Shown: one piece after another, positions 51,549-64,000 of the stretch | Layout: each line of letters begins with the position of its first letter | Position numbering within the stretch: position 1 is the first letter of the stretch | DNA from: Chrysomallon squamiferum | Taxonomy: Eukaryota > Animalia > Mollusca | Length of the DNA stretch: 64,000 nucleotides | Reading direction: 5' to 3' | NCBI GenBank assembly: GCA_012295275.1 | Contig: CM022673.1 | Span: forward strand, 26,474,001 to 26,538,000 | The notes under the pieces: generated by a model | Told to the model about the DNA's origin: nothing | The model's input: the letters and a program-made list of their open reading frames with translations, nothing else | The model's database searches: none | Translations under genes and position numbers: made by a program

Positions 51549-54500
51549 TAATACATACGTATTTATTAATTAATATTATTTTTGTCTTTTGTTAAAATTG
51601 ATGAAAAAGTTACTAAATGAATAAAAGTATTGGTAATTTCAGCTGGCAGTATAATGTTGCTTTTGTTTAGTAAGAAAATCCCATGAAGTTATTTGAGAAG
51701 TTACTTTTCTGTTTGGCATAATACTGCATTTACTTGTATATAATTTGTACTGAACTTAGTACAGAAAGTTACTTAGTTTGTGACTTAATCACAAAGCTAC
51801 TTTGTTTAGATACCAATATTTCATTTTCTTGTTAATACAAACCATGTTTATTATTGCATTACCAGCTTCTCCTGTTTGGAGCAAAAAACATTGCAGTGGG
51901 ATTTGTTTATGAATATATACAATGCATGTAAATAGTGTTTTAAACAGTGAAAGAGATTAACCAGCATTAAACCCTGAGCTATTTAAATTATGTGGACAAG
52001 TTCAGCTGATCATCTGGACAGAATGTATAAGTTTTGTGTTTAATCTCTGAATACTTTGATCTGCATACTGGAGATGTTCAGAATTGGTTGTTTTATACAA
52101 GGACAATGAATTTATTCAGAGTGAATATTTACTAAGAATATCCTAGGTGGTATGAACTACCACTTAAACACATTCTGTATATTAGTTATTTATTTTTCTA
52201 TCTACCTCACATACTTAATCTTTGTTAATAATAAAGTAGGAATTTAAGATTAATAATAATTTGTTTATATATTTTAAATGAATCTTTTACATTGTAGATA
52301 CAAATATAAGCAAAAGAGTTTTCACTATAAGTTAATGTAAAGATTATTTTTTTTAACAAATAACAATGTTTGGAATTTTGAATGCCACAAGGTAAATTTT
52401 ATTAAAAAAATAAAATTTACTGTCATTTGATGCACTTTTTTTAACAGCACATTGCATAAGCAGCATTTTTAGAAGATTTAATGTAGTAAATATAATATCG
52501 CTTTAAAAAAAAATAAAAGAAAGATGTTTACACAAATATTATTTTTCAATATAAATTATAATTGTGTATAAAAAGGGTATTTAATTATGAACCATAGAGT
52601 GTGTGTGTGTGTGTAATATATCTTTGTTGACAGTTCTTAAGTCTGGTGTCATGGCATTACAGAATCTGAATGTGTATTTCTTCTGTAATTGTATGATAAT
52701 AAGCTGTTTTTTCATACAGACTGTAAATGTTTGAATACATTAATTGTGTTGCTAACACGTAACACTAAAACATTTTCTTATTGTGTCTGTTGAAATTTTT
52801 CTTTTTGAGTAAAAAGAATATTATATTTCTTTTATAGTTCTGTCATGAGTGACAAATTTATTCTTCCTTTAACAAGCTTTCAACTTTATAAAAAAAAAAA
52901 AAAAAACAAAACAACCTAAAGCAAATAGATATTAAGGATATATTTTATATATATATATATATATAAAATGCCAAACAATCTGCCAAAGAAACCTTTTCAA
53001 TACAAAATATATATTACCTTTCTTTACAATATATACTGTAAAAAAATTTGCTAAGTAATTTATATACATATATCTAAAAAGACACTTCCATATAACGTTA
53101 CTACCACTAATACTCATTTTTTTTTCAGTTGACATTGTTAAATTTGATACTTTTGTTGTCAGGGTTCACCTTCATTTGAAACAGTAACTGATGTAGGTGA
53201 ACCACTGTGTTTCATGTTTCATCAGTTAATTTATTTACACTCATGAAGTCTGTTACTCAGTACAAAGGTTTTTCATAACAAAAATTGGCTGGGGCAATAA
53301 AGCTGAATCTGTATTCATAAAAAGGTGTAAATATACATTTATTACTTTCAGTTAAGTCTCCTGTAGGTTGTAGTTTGTAAGCAGATAGCACCTGTTTTTG
53401 TTAGAAATGACAATAAACATATATTTGGTATGTAAACATCTGATTTGTTTTTCAGTATATTTTTGCCCCAGTAGAAAAATACTTTAAAACTATTCTTTAA
53501 AAAAATTGTAATTATTGCCATAAATAAAACTTGGTAAGTTTATAAATCATTAAATAAACAGGAACACAATAATTACAGGTTTAAAAAAAAAAAAAAAATC
53601 CCTTTTACAGTAATAATTGTTCCCCCACATATTTTTGAAAAATAGCCGTAAATATAATATAGGTGGATGCAAAAGTCTGCTTTGTTTTGTAATGCAGCTC
53701 TCGGTTGATAAATACAAACAGGTTTTTTTTTGTTTTTTTTTCAGGATAAAAACAGTAATTGTAAATGTTGCCATTTTCCATCCATTATGATTATAACTAC
53801 AGTTATTAAATGTACAACTTGTACACAACATTAGATGTGAGAAGCCATTATGTTACAAATTTACATGATGCACACATAATATTAACATATATATAATCCT
53901 TACACACAAACACATGTATACCTGTTGCATATGTATTAGTTTTCATGACATACACTTCTATTTACAACTCAACTTGTTTCTTTATGTATTTTTTATTATT
54001 TTTAAAAGTCTTTATAACTTGTTGCAATGCATATGCTGAATATATACACCATGAAAAAAATTATTGTTAGAATCTGTACAGTTTTGTATTGATATACATG
54101 CTTTAGTAAACTTAAATTTTCAAAACTTTTTTATATTATTATTATTAATTTAATTTTACTATCATCCTCTGTGTTATCATAGTTACAAATGGATGTTCAA
54201 GGATCTGGTTTTATATTTCTGTGACTTGAAATGTGAAAGCAATTCAGTGTTTTTCAACAAGGGTTTTAAATATTATAGTAAAGTCTGTTAAAGTTCTTGA
54301 ATTAATTTTTTTTTTTTTTTGATAAGGTAGATGCCTGTGCTTCTTGAATTTAATCAGACACAAAACATTACAGATATCTTGAAAAGATGTATTAATATTA
54401 TCCTTGACATGAAAGATTATTTTGGTTAAAGAAATAAATGTTGGTTTTAACTAAAACTTTTGACAGTATTTCGAAATTTCTAAATCCATTTTATCATTTC

Positions 54501-56255
54501 AAATGACATAGTATATATATAATATGTCATTTAAAATGATAAAATATATTTAGAAATTTAATAAAGTATTTTATATTCACTGAAAATATGGGTCATGTCC
54601 TTGTGGATTACTTACTTATGCAGTAAATGTTCATTCTGATAAATTAATTGTTTGGAATAAAGAAAGATATTAATATTAAACAGTCTTTATGTAAATGAAA
54701 ACATTCAGCAAAACGTGTTATTTATTATAATAATTTAATTAGTTTATTACAGAAATTAAGCCAAATATTATAAATACATTTAGGTTTTTGTGAGGAAAAA
54801 AAATAAAAAAAATAATTTTAAGAGTTCTGAATAGTCCTGACATGTGCTTGACTAATGATTTAATTAAAAAAACACAACAATGAAAACTAAACAAACACAC
54901 AACAATAAGAGAATAAATATCTATTCAGCTGTAGAAGGTCTACAATCAAGTAATCGTTTGCTCAATAAATGAATAATAATATTTTTTTTTACTGATAACC
55001 ATAAACTAAAGTAAATAATAAAATAAATGAACAGTTTGATATACTGTTACTTTTAAAACAAAAGAGTTGGCATTACAATAGTAAAGTAAGCAAATATGCA
55101 TTTTAGAGAGCCATAACAATATATCTCTTTCATATATATATACACACACATACATGAAAGAGATAAATATATGTATATGTGTGGTATGGTGGCCTTGACC
55201 TAATGTGTATCCTTGAAGGCACACAAGCCAAAGTTTGCCAGATTACTAATGGAACTTGAATGCTGATTAGTAAAAAAATAAATCCATATTCTAATCTCTG
55301 TTGGGCCTTGTTCATGTTACTAACAGCTGCAAGCACATAATGCATGCACATACCAATTATCTATTCGTACGTTTTTATTTCACCATCTGTAGCTCTGGAA
55401 TTAATATCTGATCATTTTCACAGCAGGAAATTATGTTTATTAATATTTCCATGCATTTTTAAACATAAAATTAACAGATGAAAAAATATATGAAAATTTT
55501 GTGTAATAAAAATCATTAGATCATATTTTGTGTAGAAGAATCTCATTATAAGCTTTTAGTAGAACATCAGATGTTTTGGCATCTTGTAAATGTTTTAACA
55601 TTTGTGCGTGTGTTGTGTGTTGTATGTTGTATGTTGTGTGTGTGTGTGTGTGTGTGACTGTGACTTCAGGGAAATTAGAAAAGTTGTTTAGAAAATAAAT
55701 AAACAAGCAATCAAAAAACCTCCACAAAACTCGTAACAAGATATATTTTTTTATGGAGGAAAAATAAAACATCACAGGTGACAAAATAGTTTGGCTTTCA
55801 GGATATGTTTAAAACTTTGAGAAAAGAAAATAAGACATCTCAGCTTCCAAAGATATTTCTAAAAATTACACAAACTCAACAGAGAGAGAAAAAGAAAAGG
55901 TGACAAGTTATTTCAGCAGCCAGAGATAGTTAAAGTTTATATAGAGAAGAGAAAAAATAACTACAGGTGACAGGGTATTTTGACTTCTAAAGATATTTGA
56001 AAAACTTTACAGAGAAAAACCCATAGGGGACAAAATGTTTTGGCTGTTCAGTAGATGCTTTAAATTTTTTGTGGAGAAAAAAAAACATGGGTACAAAATA
56101 TTCAGACCTAGTGAAATTTAATATATATATATATAGTTCAGATGACAATATAATTTGCCTTTTAGTAGATGCATTAAGATTTGTACAGAAAAATAACAAC
56201 ACACAGTTAACAAGGTATTTTGACTTCTAATGACATTTAATATATATATATATTA

Positions 56256-56286
<31 letters not shown>

Positions 56287-57129
56287 AAATAACCCAGATG
56301 ACAATATATTTTGGCTTCCAGTAGATGATTTAAGAAAAAACAAAACCCACATAGGTGATAAGATGTTTTGGCTTTCAGTAGATGTTTAGAAATATGTGAA
56401 GTTTTCATGTTTATCACCAAGCACTTTGTCCCTGTTGACAGTTCATCCTGAAATACATCATCCAACAGATTTCCACTGCACTGTTTGCTTCAGGCCCACA
56501 GTGGAGGCCTGCCAAGATGGGGGGGGCTGTTGAATTTTTGACTGCCAAGCTAAACCAACATTTAAAAAGAAAAAGAATTTGTTAATAATTGGTGGGGCTC
56601 TTTGGAGAAATTGCACAGCTAGTATTGTCTTATTGTATGTTTGATTCATTCTTTTTTAAAATGTGATGATGTTATTTTATTTTTTTAAATGTTAGCATGA
56701 AAAGTTGTAACATTATTGTACCTGTTTATTTTGGTTTTTAAATTTGGGATAAGAAATACACATTTAAAACTGTTTATACAGTAAATGAATATAAATCATT
56801 ATTGTACCCATTTATTTATTTATGAAAGGCAATGGCCACTTACAAACTAATTCTGTTTTCTGACATTAACTAAATTTGAATAATTAATATGATTATTTAA
56901 GTCTTAACAAAAAAAAGATTGAAATAAAACATTCAACATGGAGTTATGATGCCAGTTATATGTAATATGAAGTTATTCAATCAGTTAGCTAAAATCATTT
57001 GACAAAAATATATCTTACTGGATTTATTTAATTTAAAACAGTCTTGAATAGATGGCTCTTATAGATTATTACACATACAAATTCAACCACCAATATACTT
57101 ATTGACATTTTTACATATTTCAAAAAAAA

Positions 57130-57162
<33 letters not shown>

Positions 57163-59467
57163 GTATGTAAATATATTTCTTATCTATATGGTTAAAATAA
57201 CAACAAAATAAAATTATGACATTTCTCTCATTGTTTCATTGTGACAGCTTGCACAGTATAAAGATTCTTGTACAGATATATCAAATGTGGTAAAACACTG
57301 TATTAACCAGACAGCCATTTTATATTGTTCTTTTTTAATTCACAATAATTTTAAATATTTTTAATATCTCTTTAATTTATTTCATTTCCAGTAATAAAAC
57401 TAGTAGCAGTTGTAGTAGTAGATGTGGTAGTAGTAGCAGTGTTACTGGTATAAAAAGTATTGTAGTAGTGTAGTTGCAACAGTAGCTGTAGTAGTGGTGC
57501 TAGTTGTAATAATAGCAGTAGTATCAGTAGTAGCAACAACAGTAGTAGTAATAGAAGTAGTTTTAATAGTAAAAAAAATAATAATCTTTATTTAAAGAAG
57601 CTTAACACATTCAATAAAAACAAACTAGAATTATTTGCAGAATTATATACTGAATTTAACATTAAAAAAAATATATATGTATATATATGTATATATATAT
57701 ATATATATAATAATAATGTCTCCCATAAACCCCTTGTTATCTGGATCTATTCCAGAACAGTAAAATATTTCAGACAGAAGAGATAAAATAAAAATTAGGT
57801 TGACACAGATCAAGTGAAATGGTGCAAGTGAGAAATCTTTAATTGGTGGGAAGTGTTTGTTATGGATAGCCTCGTTAGAGGTGAACCACAGTGAGAGTCT
57901 GGACAGGCAAAACTTGGCTTGGTTCTAAATGGTTAGCAGTTAAACACTGAAAACATGATTTGGTGGCCATGTGAACAAGTTTTGTTTGACAGTTGCCTGT
58001 CACCTGACTGTGAATGAAATACTGTTGTGAGATTAGCATTAATACTGGAGTGAAGAATACTTCATACATTTTAATTTATTTTATATATATACATATATAT
58101 CTATATACACACATACATACATGTTTTCAGAAAATCACACACAACACACACATGTAGGTTGTTTTATTTCAAGCATATAGCCTGTATGCACTTTGTAAAG
58201 GTGATGTAATTGTTTTATTACATATTAGGTGTCAGCTTTTTTTTTATTAATAAAATAAAAAAATGTCAGTAAAATAATATGCCCTAGGGGATGCACACTG
58301 GATACAGTTCTGACTTGGATGTGACACCATTTTATTTAAACTATCAATTTTTTTTATTGTCTATGATGGATTTTAAAATCTTACATATATATACACTATG
58401 TAAAATGTATATATAAAAAGAAAGTTAAGCCTCAAATCATTCTTAAGAATTATATTTATTAGATTTTTTTCTTGATGTCAAAGATTGATGTTTGGAGACT
58501 TTATTTATAGAAAATATATTCTGCTCTATGATTTCATGTGCTAAAACATGATTTATATAGCTATATGAGATATATTTATCAAAAAAAAAAAAATATATTT
58601 ATTAAAATACTGCACTACTGTACAGAGAAGCAGAATAGTGGATAAAAATAAAATAAACTGTAGATTTAAAAAAAAAAGACACCTAATGATCCATATTACC
58701 TCATTGTTTGTTTTTTTGTTTGTTGTTGTTTTGAACAAAAATATATTTGTTTATTTTCATGATTATATGACAGAGACACTTTAAATGGTGTGTATTGTAT
58801 GTTAAATTATTTCTGTTTTCAGTTAGCTGTTTACTGTTAGTTAAAATAACACGGTTTTGTTAGTTTTTAAATGCTGAAACAGCTGGTACTTTTCTCAACA
58901 AAAATAATCTTTCTTGGAAATTATTGAATTTTTTTTTTTTTTTTTAATGATTAATGTTGGAAACGATTGCTTTAGCAATTTTTAAATTTAAATAAAATTG
59001 AAATTTCAAAAATTCAAGATTATGTCAGAGTACCTTCAGCATCACTGCATTAGTGGTTCTATTCATATTCACCAGGCTTTTTAATTTAAAAAACACAAAT
59101 TTATATAATTTTTACAATAAAGGTAATTTTGTTTGTTTTGTAAATGTGTTGCATGTAACTAGTGATTTGTCCTTCAATATGAAATTCTGGTGCAGTTAAC
59201 TTAACGATTTTCTTCCTAGAACAAGTAAAAAAAAATGCAGCTGTTATGAACAGATGCAGTTATTTAAATACAAGCAGTTATTAAAAACAAAAAACATTTT
59301 ACTATTTGATAGATTTTAATTTAATTTTTTTTTTCACCTGTGATACTATATTATATTGTATATAACTTAATTACAGTTTTATTATTTTACTAGTGACTTC
59401 ATTTGAGTTACGAAGACAATGCCAGAATTTGTTGAAATAATTTTATATATCTATCTATCTATCTATA

Positions 59468-59506
<39 letters not shown>

Positions 59507-62500
59507 ATTATTATTTTTTTAATTATAATTGATTTATTACTAAGCAGATTGTTTGGAAGATAAGAAATACATTTTGAAAGTAGGGAGAAAGGCTAGTTAT
59601 GAAAAATACTAAATGTCTAGAAATATACCCTTGGGTTAGAAAATTTCAGATTTTGTACTTGATTAAAGTGAACCACAGATAAGTGATGAATGTTTTGTTG
59701 TTGAATTTTTGACAGATTGACACTAACTGATTAACAGAAGATGTCCATAAAAAAAAAAATAATAATAATAAAAAATAAAAATAAATAAATAAATAAATTA
59801 TTATTATTTTTATTTTTTATTTTTAAATAATAAAAATAAAAGTATAACATATAATTTTCATTTACTATTTTCTTATTACATATTCACAACTTGATCGTTA
59901 TGTGTGTGGTCTTACATGTTAAAAAAAAAAGTTCAGAAAGATAAAAAGTGGTTTCAGTTCTAAAGAAAAGACTGATGTAGACACAGAATTTATCTCTGAA
60001 TATTTGGGTTCATTTGAGTTTACATTGACTCATGCTGAACTGATCTCAGTGACATTCTGAAATGATACACGAATCCAAGCAGTTTGACTTGATTTCATTT
60101 ATGACTGGTAACAGTTGTGTTCATGTAACTGTCTGGTCTGTATGGATTCAGGACTGGGTACCATGTTGCATTCAGTGTAAACAGTTATTGTGTGTGTTCT
60201 GTGCAGAGTACACTTGTGTCAATACACACGCAAATGAAATAAATCCATTTTCCCATTTTTGTTAAATCAGAAAGAAAATACAATAAATCAGCAGAAATTT
60301 AGAACTTTCAAGTTTTTAAAATGACTTGATGCTGATAGAATTCAGTCTGAATTTATTTTATTTTATGTGACATTTCAGCAATAATCAGTAATAATGGATG
60401 GGGAGGAAACAGATTATAGTTCATTGATTGGTTAGTGTAGATATTTATCATTTCACGTTCTGACCAGTGCTCTGTGAAATGTTAACAAAAGACTTTGGTT
60501 TCTTTAGTCCTGTTTGAGGGAAGGTTTAATGCATATAATACAGTTTGCTGTCACTAATATTATATATATATAAATATATACCATTATATATGAAAACAGA
60601 TATTTTAGACAGATATACATATTCACTTGACTATAATTTCGAAATTACTGTTTGCTATAGTATTATTTAGTACATCAGTATTTACTGGCTACCTCTGCTG
60701 ACCATGGTATGTCCAGGTAATTACTGTGACTATCATTGCATACTTTAGCTACATAAATGCAAAGAACTTGATATCCATGGATAAAAGGAAGCTGCAGCTG
60801 ATTCTATATGTAAATATAGATGAAAACTTTCGTCATGGAATTGCTTCACCTTTAGACTTTTAACGTGTCTGTGACATTTACCTGAGATTTTACCTGCCAA
60901 AGTAAACATGTCAGTGTGTTGTCTGTAATCAGTTTTCCTTCAGTACCAATTAAACACTGGCTTTTTTTTTTTAATAATTAATGGTTTAACATGTTTTTTT
61001 TTTTCAGATATTTCTACAACAAAAAAAAGTATAATACAAAAATAAAAACAATAAATAATAATAAATAATAAAAAACAACAATAACAAAAAAAATTAAAAA
61101 TAAAGAAATAAAAATAAAAATAAATAAATAAATCAGAAATTAAAAAGAAAAGGGGAAAAGGAGACCTTTATTATTATTTGTTGTTGTTATTAGTATTATT
61201 ATTATTTTTATTATTATTTGTAATTATTATTGTTGTTGTTATTGTTAATTTAATTTTAATTTCTACATATATATATATATATAAGTATACACTTGCTGCC
61301 ATGTACTATAAACTGATAACACACACTCAGTATTTCTTTCTTTCTCTTACCATGTATATATATATATATATATATATGTCATTGTTGTGATGTAACCCTG
61401 TGACCTCCACTGAGTTTGCTGAAATAGGAAGTGTATAATTAAACTGCTGCCTGTTTTTATGTTTGCAGAAAAAAGATCATGGCCAGGAGTTAATTGAACA
61501 AGTTCTTTATCACCTGGATATTTTAGAAAAGGATTATTTTGGTTTGCAGTTCACAGATACACACAATGTCAATGTAAGTATTGCTTTATTTACTATTGTT
61601 TTATTTTATTTATATATTTATTTATTTATTTATTTTTTTTTTTTTTTTTTATTCTATTCTATTTTTCTGTCTGTTATATTTTATATTTATTTTTATTTGA
61701 TTTTATTAAAAAAAAAAAATTATTATTGTTATATTAATATTTTTTATTTTATTATTTATTTATTTTTTAAGAAAAAAACACCTGAAAAATTAATAAGAAA
61801 ATAATTAAACAAAACAAATTATGTTTTTAAAAATGACATAACACACACACACACACACACATACACAAATATTTTATTTTATTTTATTTTATTAATTTTT
61901 TTTTTTTTCTATATGTATGTAAGTATATAAGTCTGTTAATATGCACTCATTGCAAGTTTGTGATGTTAAACAAACAACTGGAGGCAATAAAAGATAAATA
62001 ATGAAATAAAACAATAATAAACATTTTTTTGCTGGATAAAAACACAGACACACCTTAGTGTTGTTTAGTTATTAAATTACAGTTCTCATCAGCTACTGAG
62101 TAAGAAAAACATTTCTCACAGTTCAGGGTTTGATGACTGAAACAATAGATGTTTGGTCAACCGAAATCTCACTCTGTAGAAAACAGCAAAAAAAACCTGA
62201 TTTGCAGTTTACATCATCTTGTTCACAGATCATGTTGATTTAAATTTCATTTAAAAAAAAATAGAGTTACAAGGATTTTATAAAATATTGTGGTAATATG
62301 ACGGATTTGGGAAATAACTGATTACAGTGTTAAAATATCAGTTTTATTCTGAATGCTGATTTGTAAGTGAGGCTCTTTTGTCTGTATTGGGCCATTCAAC
62401 CTGAGCAGGATATTATCAGTGACATCTTAAGACAGTTATTTATTTTCTCCTGCAGTCCTGAATAACACAAAAACTAAATGAAATTAACGTTTTAAAATTT

Positions 62501-62937
62501 TTTTCATTTCTTCCATCACAGTTTTCAAAAGTATAGATTTATGCATAGATTTAAAAAAAAAAAAGAGGTTCTAAAATAACAACAAAATATTTATCTCTCT
62601 CTCTTTATTTCTTTTTTTAAATGAAAACGTAGATTTTAACAATGTAACTTTGAAAATAATACCAGCACATGAATGTTTTGACTCAACAATGAATGCCAGC
62701 AATGTGAAATCTGTCATTGCATATCAATTGTTGTTTGTGTGTGTGTGTGTGGGGGTTATACTGCATACCACATTTCTGATATATGGTATCTGTTAATACT
62801 AGAATGTATTCAGATAGCATGAACCAAAAACAATCAATATTCTTCAATGAATTTTATTTTAATTAGTACATGTTTTTTTCTTTTTTTCTTACAGCATTGG
62901 TTGGATCCTACGAAACAGGTTAAAAAACAAGTTAAAA
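47747..62937 (+). CDS. EPB41L5: Band 4.1-like FERM-domain protein (EPB41L5/Yurt), first three coding exons; gene continues past the window
   Basis: Exons 47747-47893 (MSAFFRFLSKRRSRR...CIVQLLDGTDYNVDLH|GTAAGT), 61469-61573 (KKDHGQELIEQVLYHLDILEKDYFGLQFTDTHNVN) and 62895-62937 (HWLDPTKQVKKQVK). This is the FERM F1 lobe with the basic N-terminus characteristic of EPB41L5/EPB41L4B/Yurt. First intron ~13.6 kb. Confidence 0.88.
51278..51546. repeat. Degenerate (CA)n/(CATA)n tract
   Basis: Directly visible. Confidence 0.9.
54474..54559. repeat. ~86-bp inverted repeat (hairpin) in EPB41L5 intron 1
   Basis: aaatttctaaat..attttatcattt.aaatgacata, a short TA-rich loop, then tatgtcattt.aaatgataaaat..atttagaaattt. 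Confidence 0.8.
55770..56395. repeat. Degenerate ~60-bp minisatellite, ~10 copies
   Basis: The core (a)caggtgacaa.atattttggcttccagtagat.tttaa recurs with A-rich or microsatellite spacers. Confidence 0.75.
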
Positions 62938-63156
62938 GTAAGCATTGTAATTACACATTCTATTCCAGATTTTTATATGTTGTAGTCTGTTAACAAATAA
63001 CTGTGTCATAAAAATAATAATCTTAACTATCTGAAAACACATAAATAAAATTCAGAATTCTTAAGCAGTATGAAGATTAAAGTATTGTTTTCTTTAGTTT
63101 ATTTCAGATTAATTTAAATAAAATTTTAATTTAAAGAAAAACTGTCATTTTGTTCA

Positions 63157-63190
<34 letters not shown>

Positions 63191-64000
63191 TTATTTGGAT
63201 TTTTCCTTCAGTAATGTAAATTCAGTTCCTTGACTTAAACCTTTCTTCTCTGTACAAGGCTTTGTTACAACTTAATTAAAATATTTTTTTCTATTTTTTT
63301 AACCTACTGATAATTCTGAATGAAAGATTATCTGGCTAACTCAGGAATCTAATTAAATTAAATTTTCTTCTAGATTATTCTTCTTTAAATGTACATCTTA
63401 TTTATTAATAATAATAAAACTTGGTATTGTGTACACCATTTCGATTTATTTTGTTTTTATCCAAGAACATTTTTTTTTTTGTATAATCCAGACAGATCTC
63501 ACTCTTGTTTCATATTGATTATGTCTTACATGCCTTCCACAGTCTGTACTGATAAGAATATATAGATTTTTTGGTAAAGATAAAAAAAACCAAAAAAAAC
63601 AACCTCATTTTATTATTGTACATGGTCTGCTTTCCGGTGATAGAATAATTAGGATTGTGAGTCAGGATAATAGCATCTGTTTTGTTATGACAACTGATAC
63701 TACATTCCAAAAGCTGTCATGTAACTTCTAAATCAATACCTGTTGATCAGTTAGTGCTAAAGTATGGGATTTTAAAATTGCTGGGCGTTATGTTTATCTG
63801 AATTATAAAGGTGAAGGAAAGTATATCTTTAAAAAAAAAAAAAAATTCTTTTGACAAAACTAATTTAAAGAATATAATATCAGCTGATAGAACTGATGTT
63901 AGTAAACTGTGATTACCAGACATCATAATAATGTTATAACAGCTCTGCATTCAGATAATAGATCTATTATTATTTTAATCACAATTCCTTTGTTGATTTT

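Noticed and set aside
55770-56395. CRISPR-like repeat-spacer appearance
   Set aside because: Repeats are highly degenerate, spacers are low-complexity, there are no cas genes, and the context is a eukaryotic intron.

Overview
AT-rich, microsatellite-dense eukaryotic (animal) genomic DNA with GT-AG spliceosomal introns. It looks invertebrate, possibly a gastropod mollusc, but that is inferred only from composition and SINE-like remnants. Four protein-coding genes can be built by hand: PXMP4 (minus, 4 exons, 15140-18614, 202 aa); a galactose-3-O-sulfotransferase (GAL3ST family; plus, one large coding exon, 21130-22278); tubulin polyglutamylase TTLL4 (minus, 15 coding exons, 31217-41261); and the first three coding exons of the FERM protein EPB41L5/Yurt (plus, from 47747, running off the right edge). 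The first ~13 kb has no recognisable coding sequence. The most unusual signals are all in TTLL4. Its first coding exon is split across two overlapping frames and needs a +1 shift near a TAA, which could be recoding, a uORF or an assembly indel. Its UGA-C stop is followed by a coding-like 57-codon in-frame extension (readthrough candidate). One 3' splice site is tandemly triplicated. Also present: hAT-like MITEs, two near-perfect palindromes, degenerate minisatellites and SINE remnants. No rRNA, tRNA, CRISPR or prokaryotic features were seen. All calls are by eye, with no database searches.
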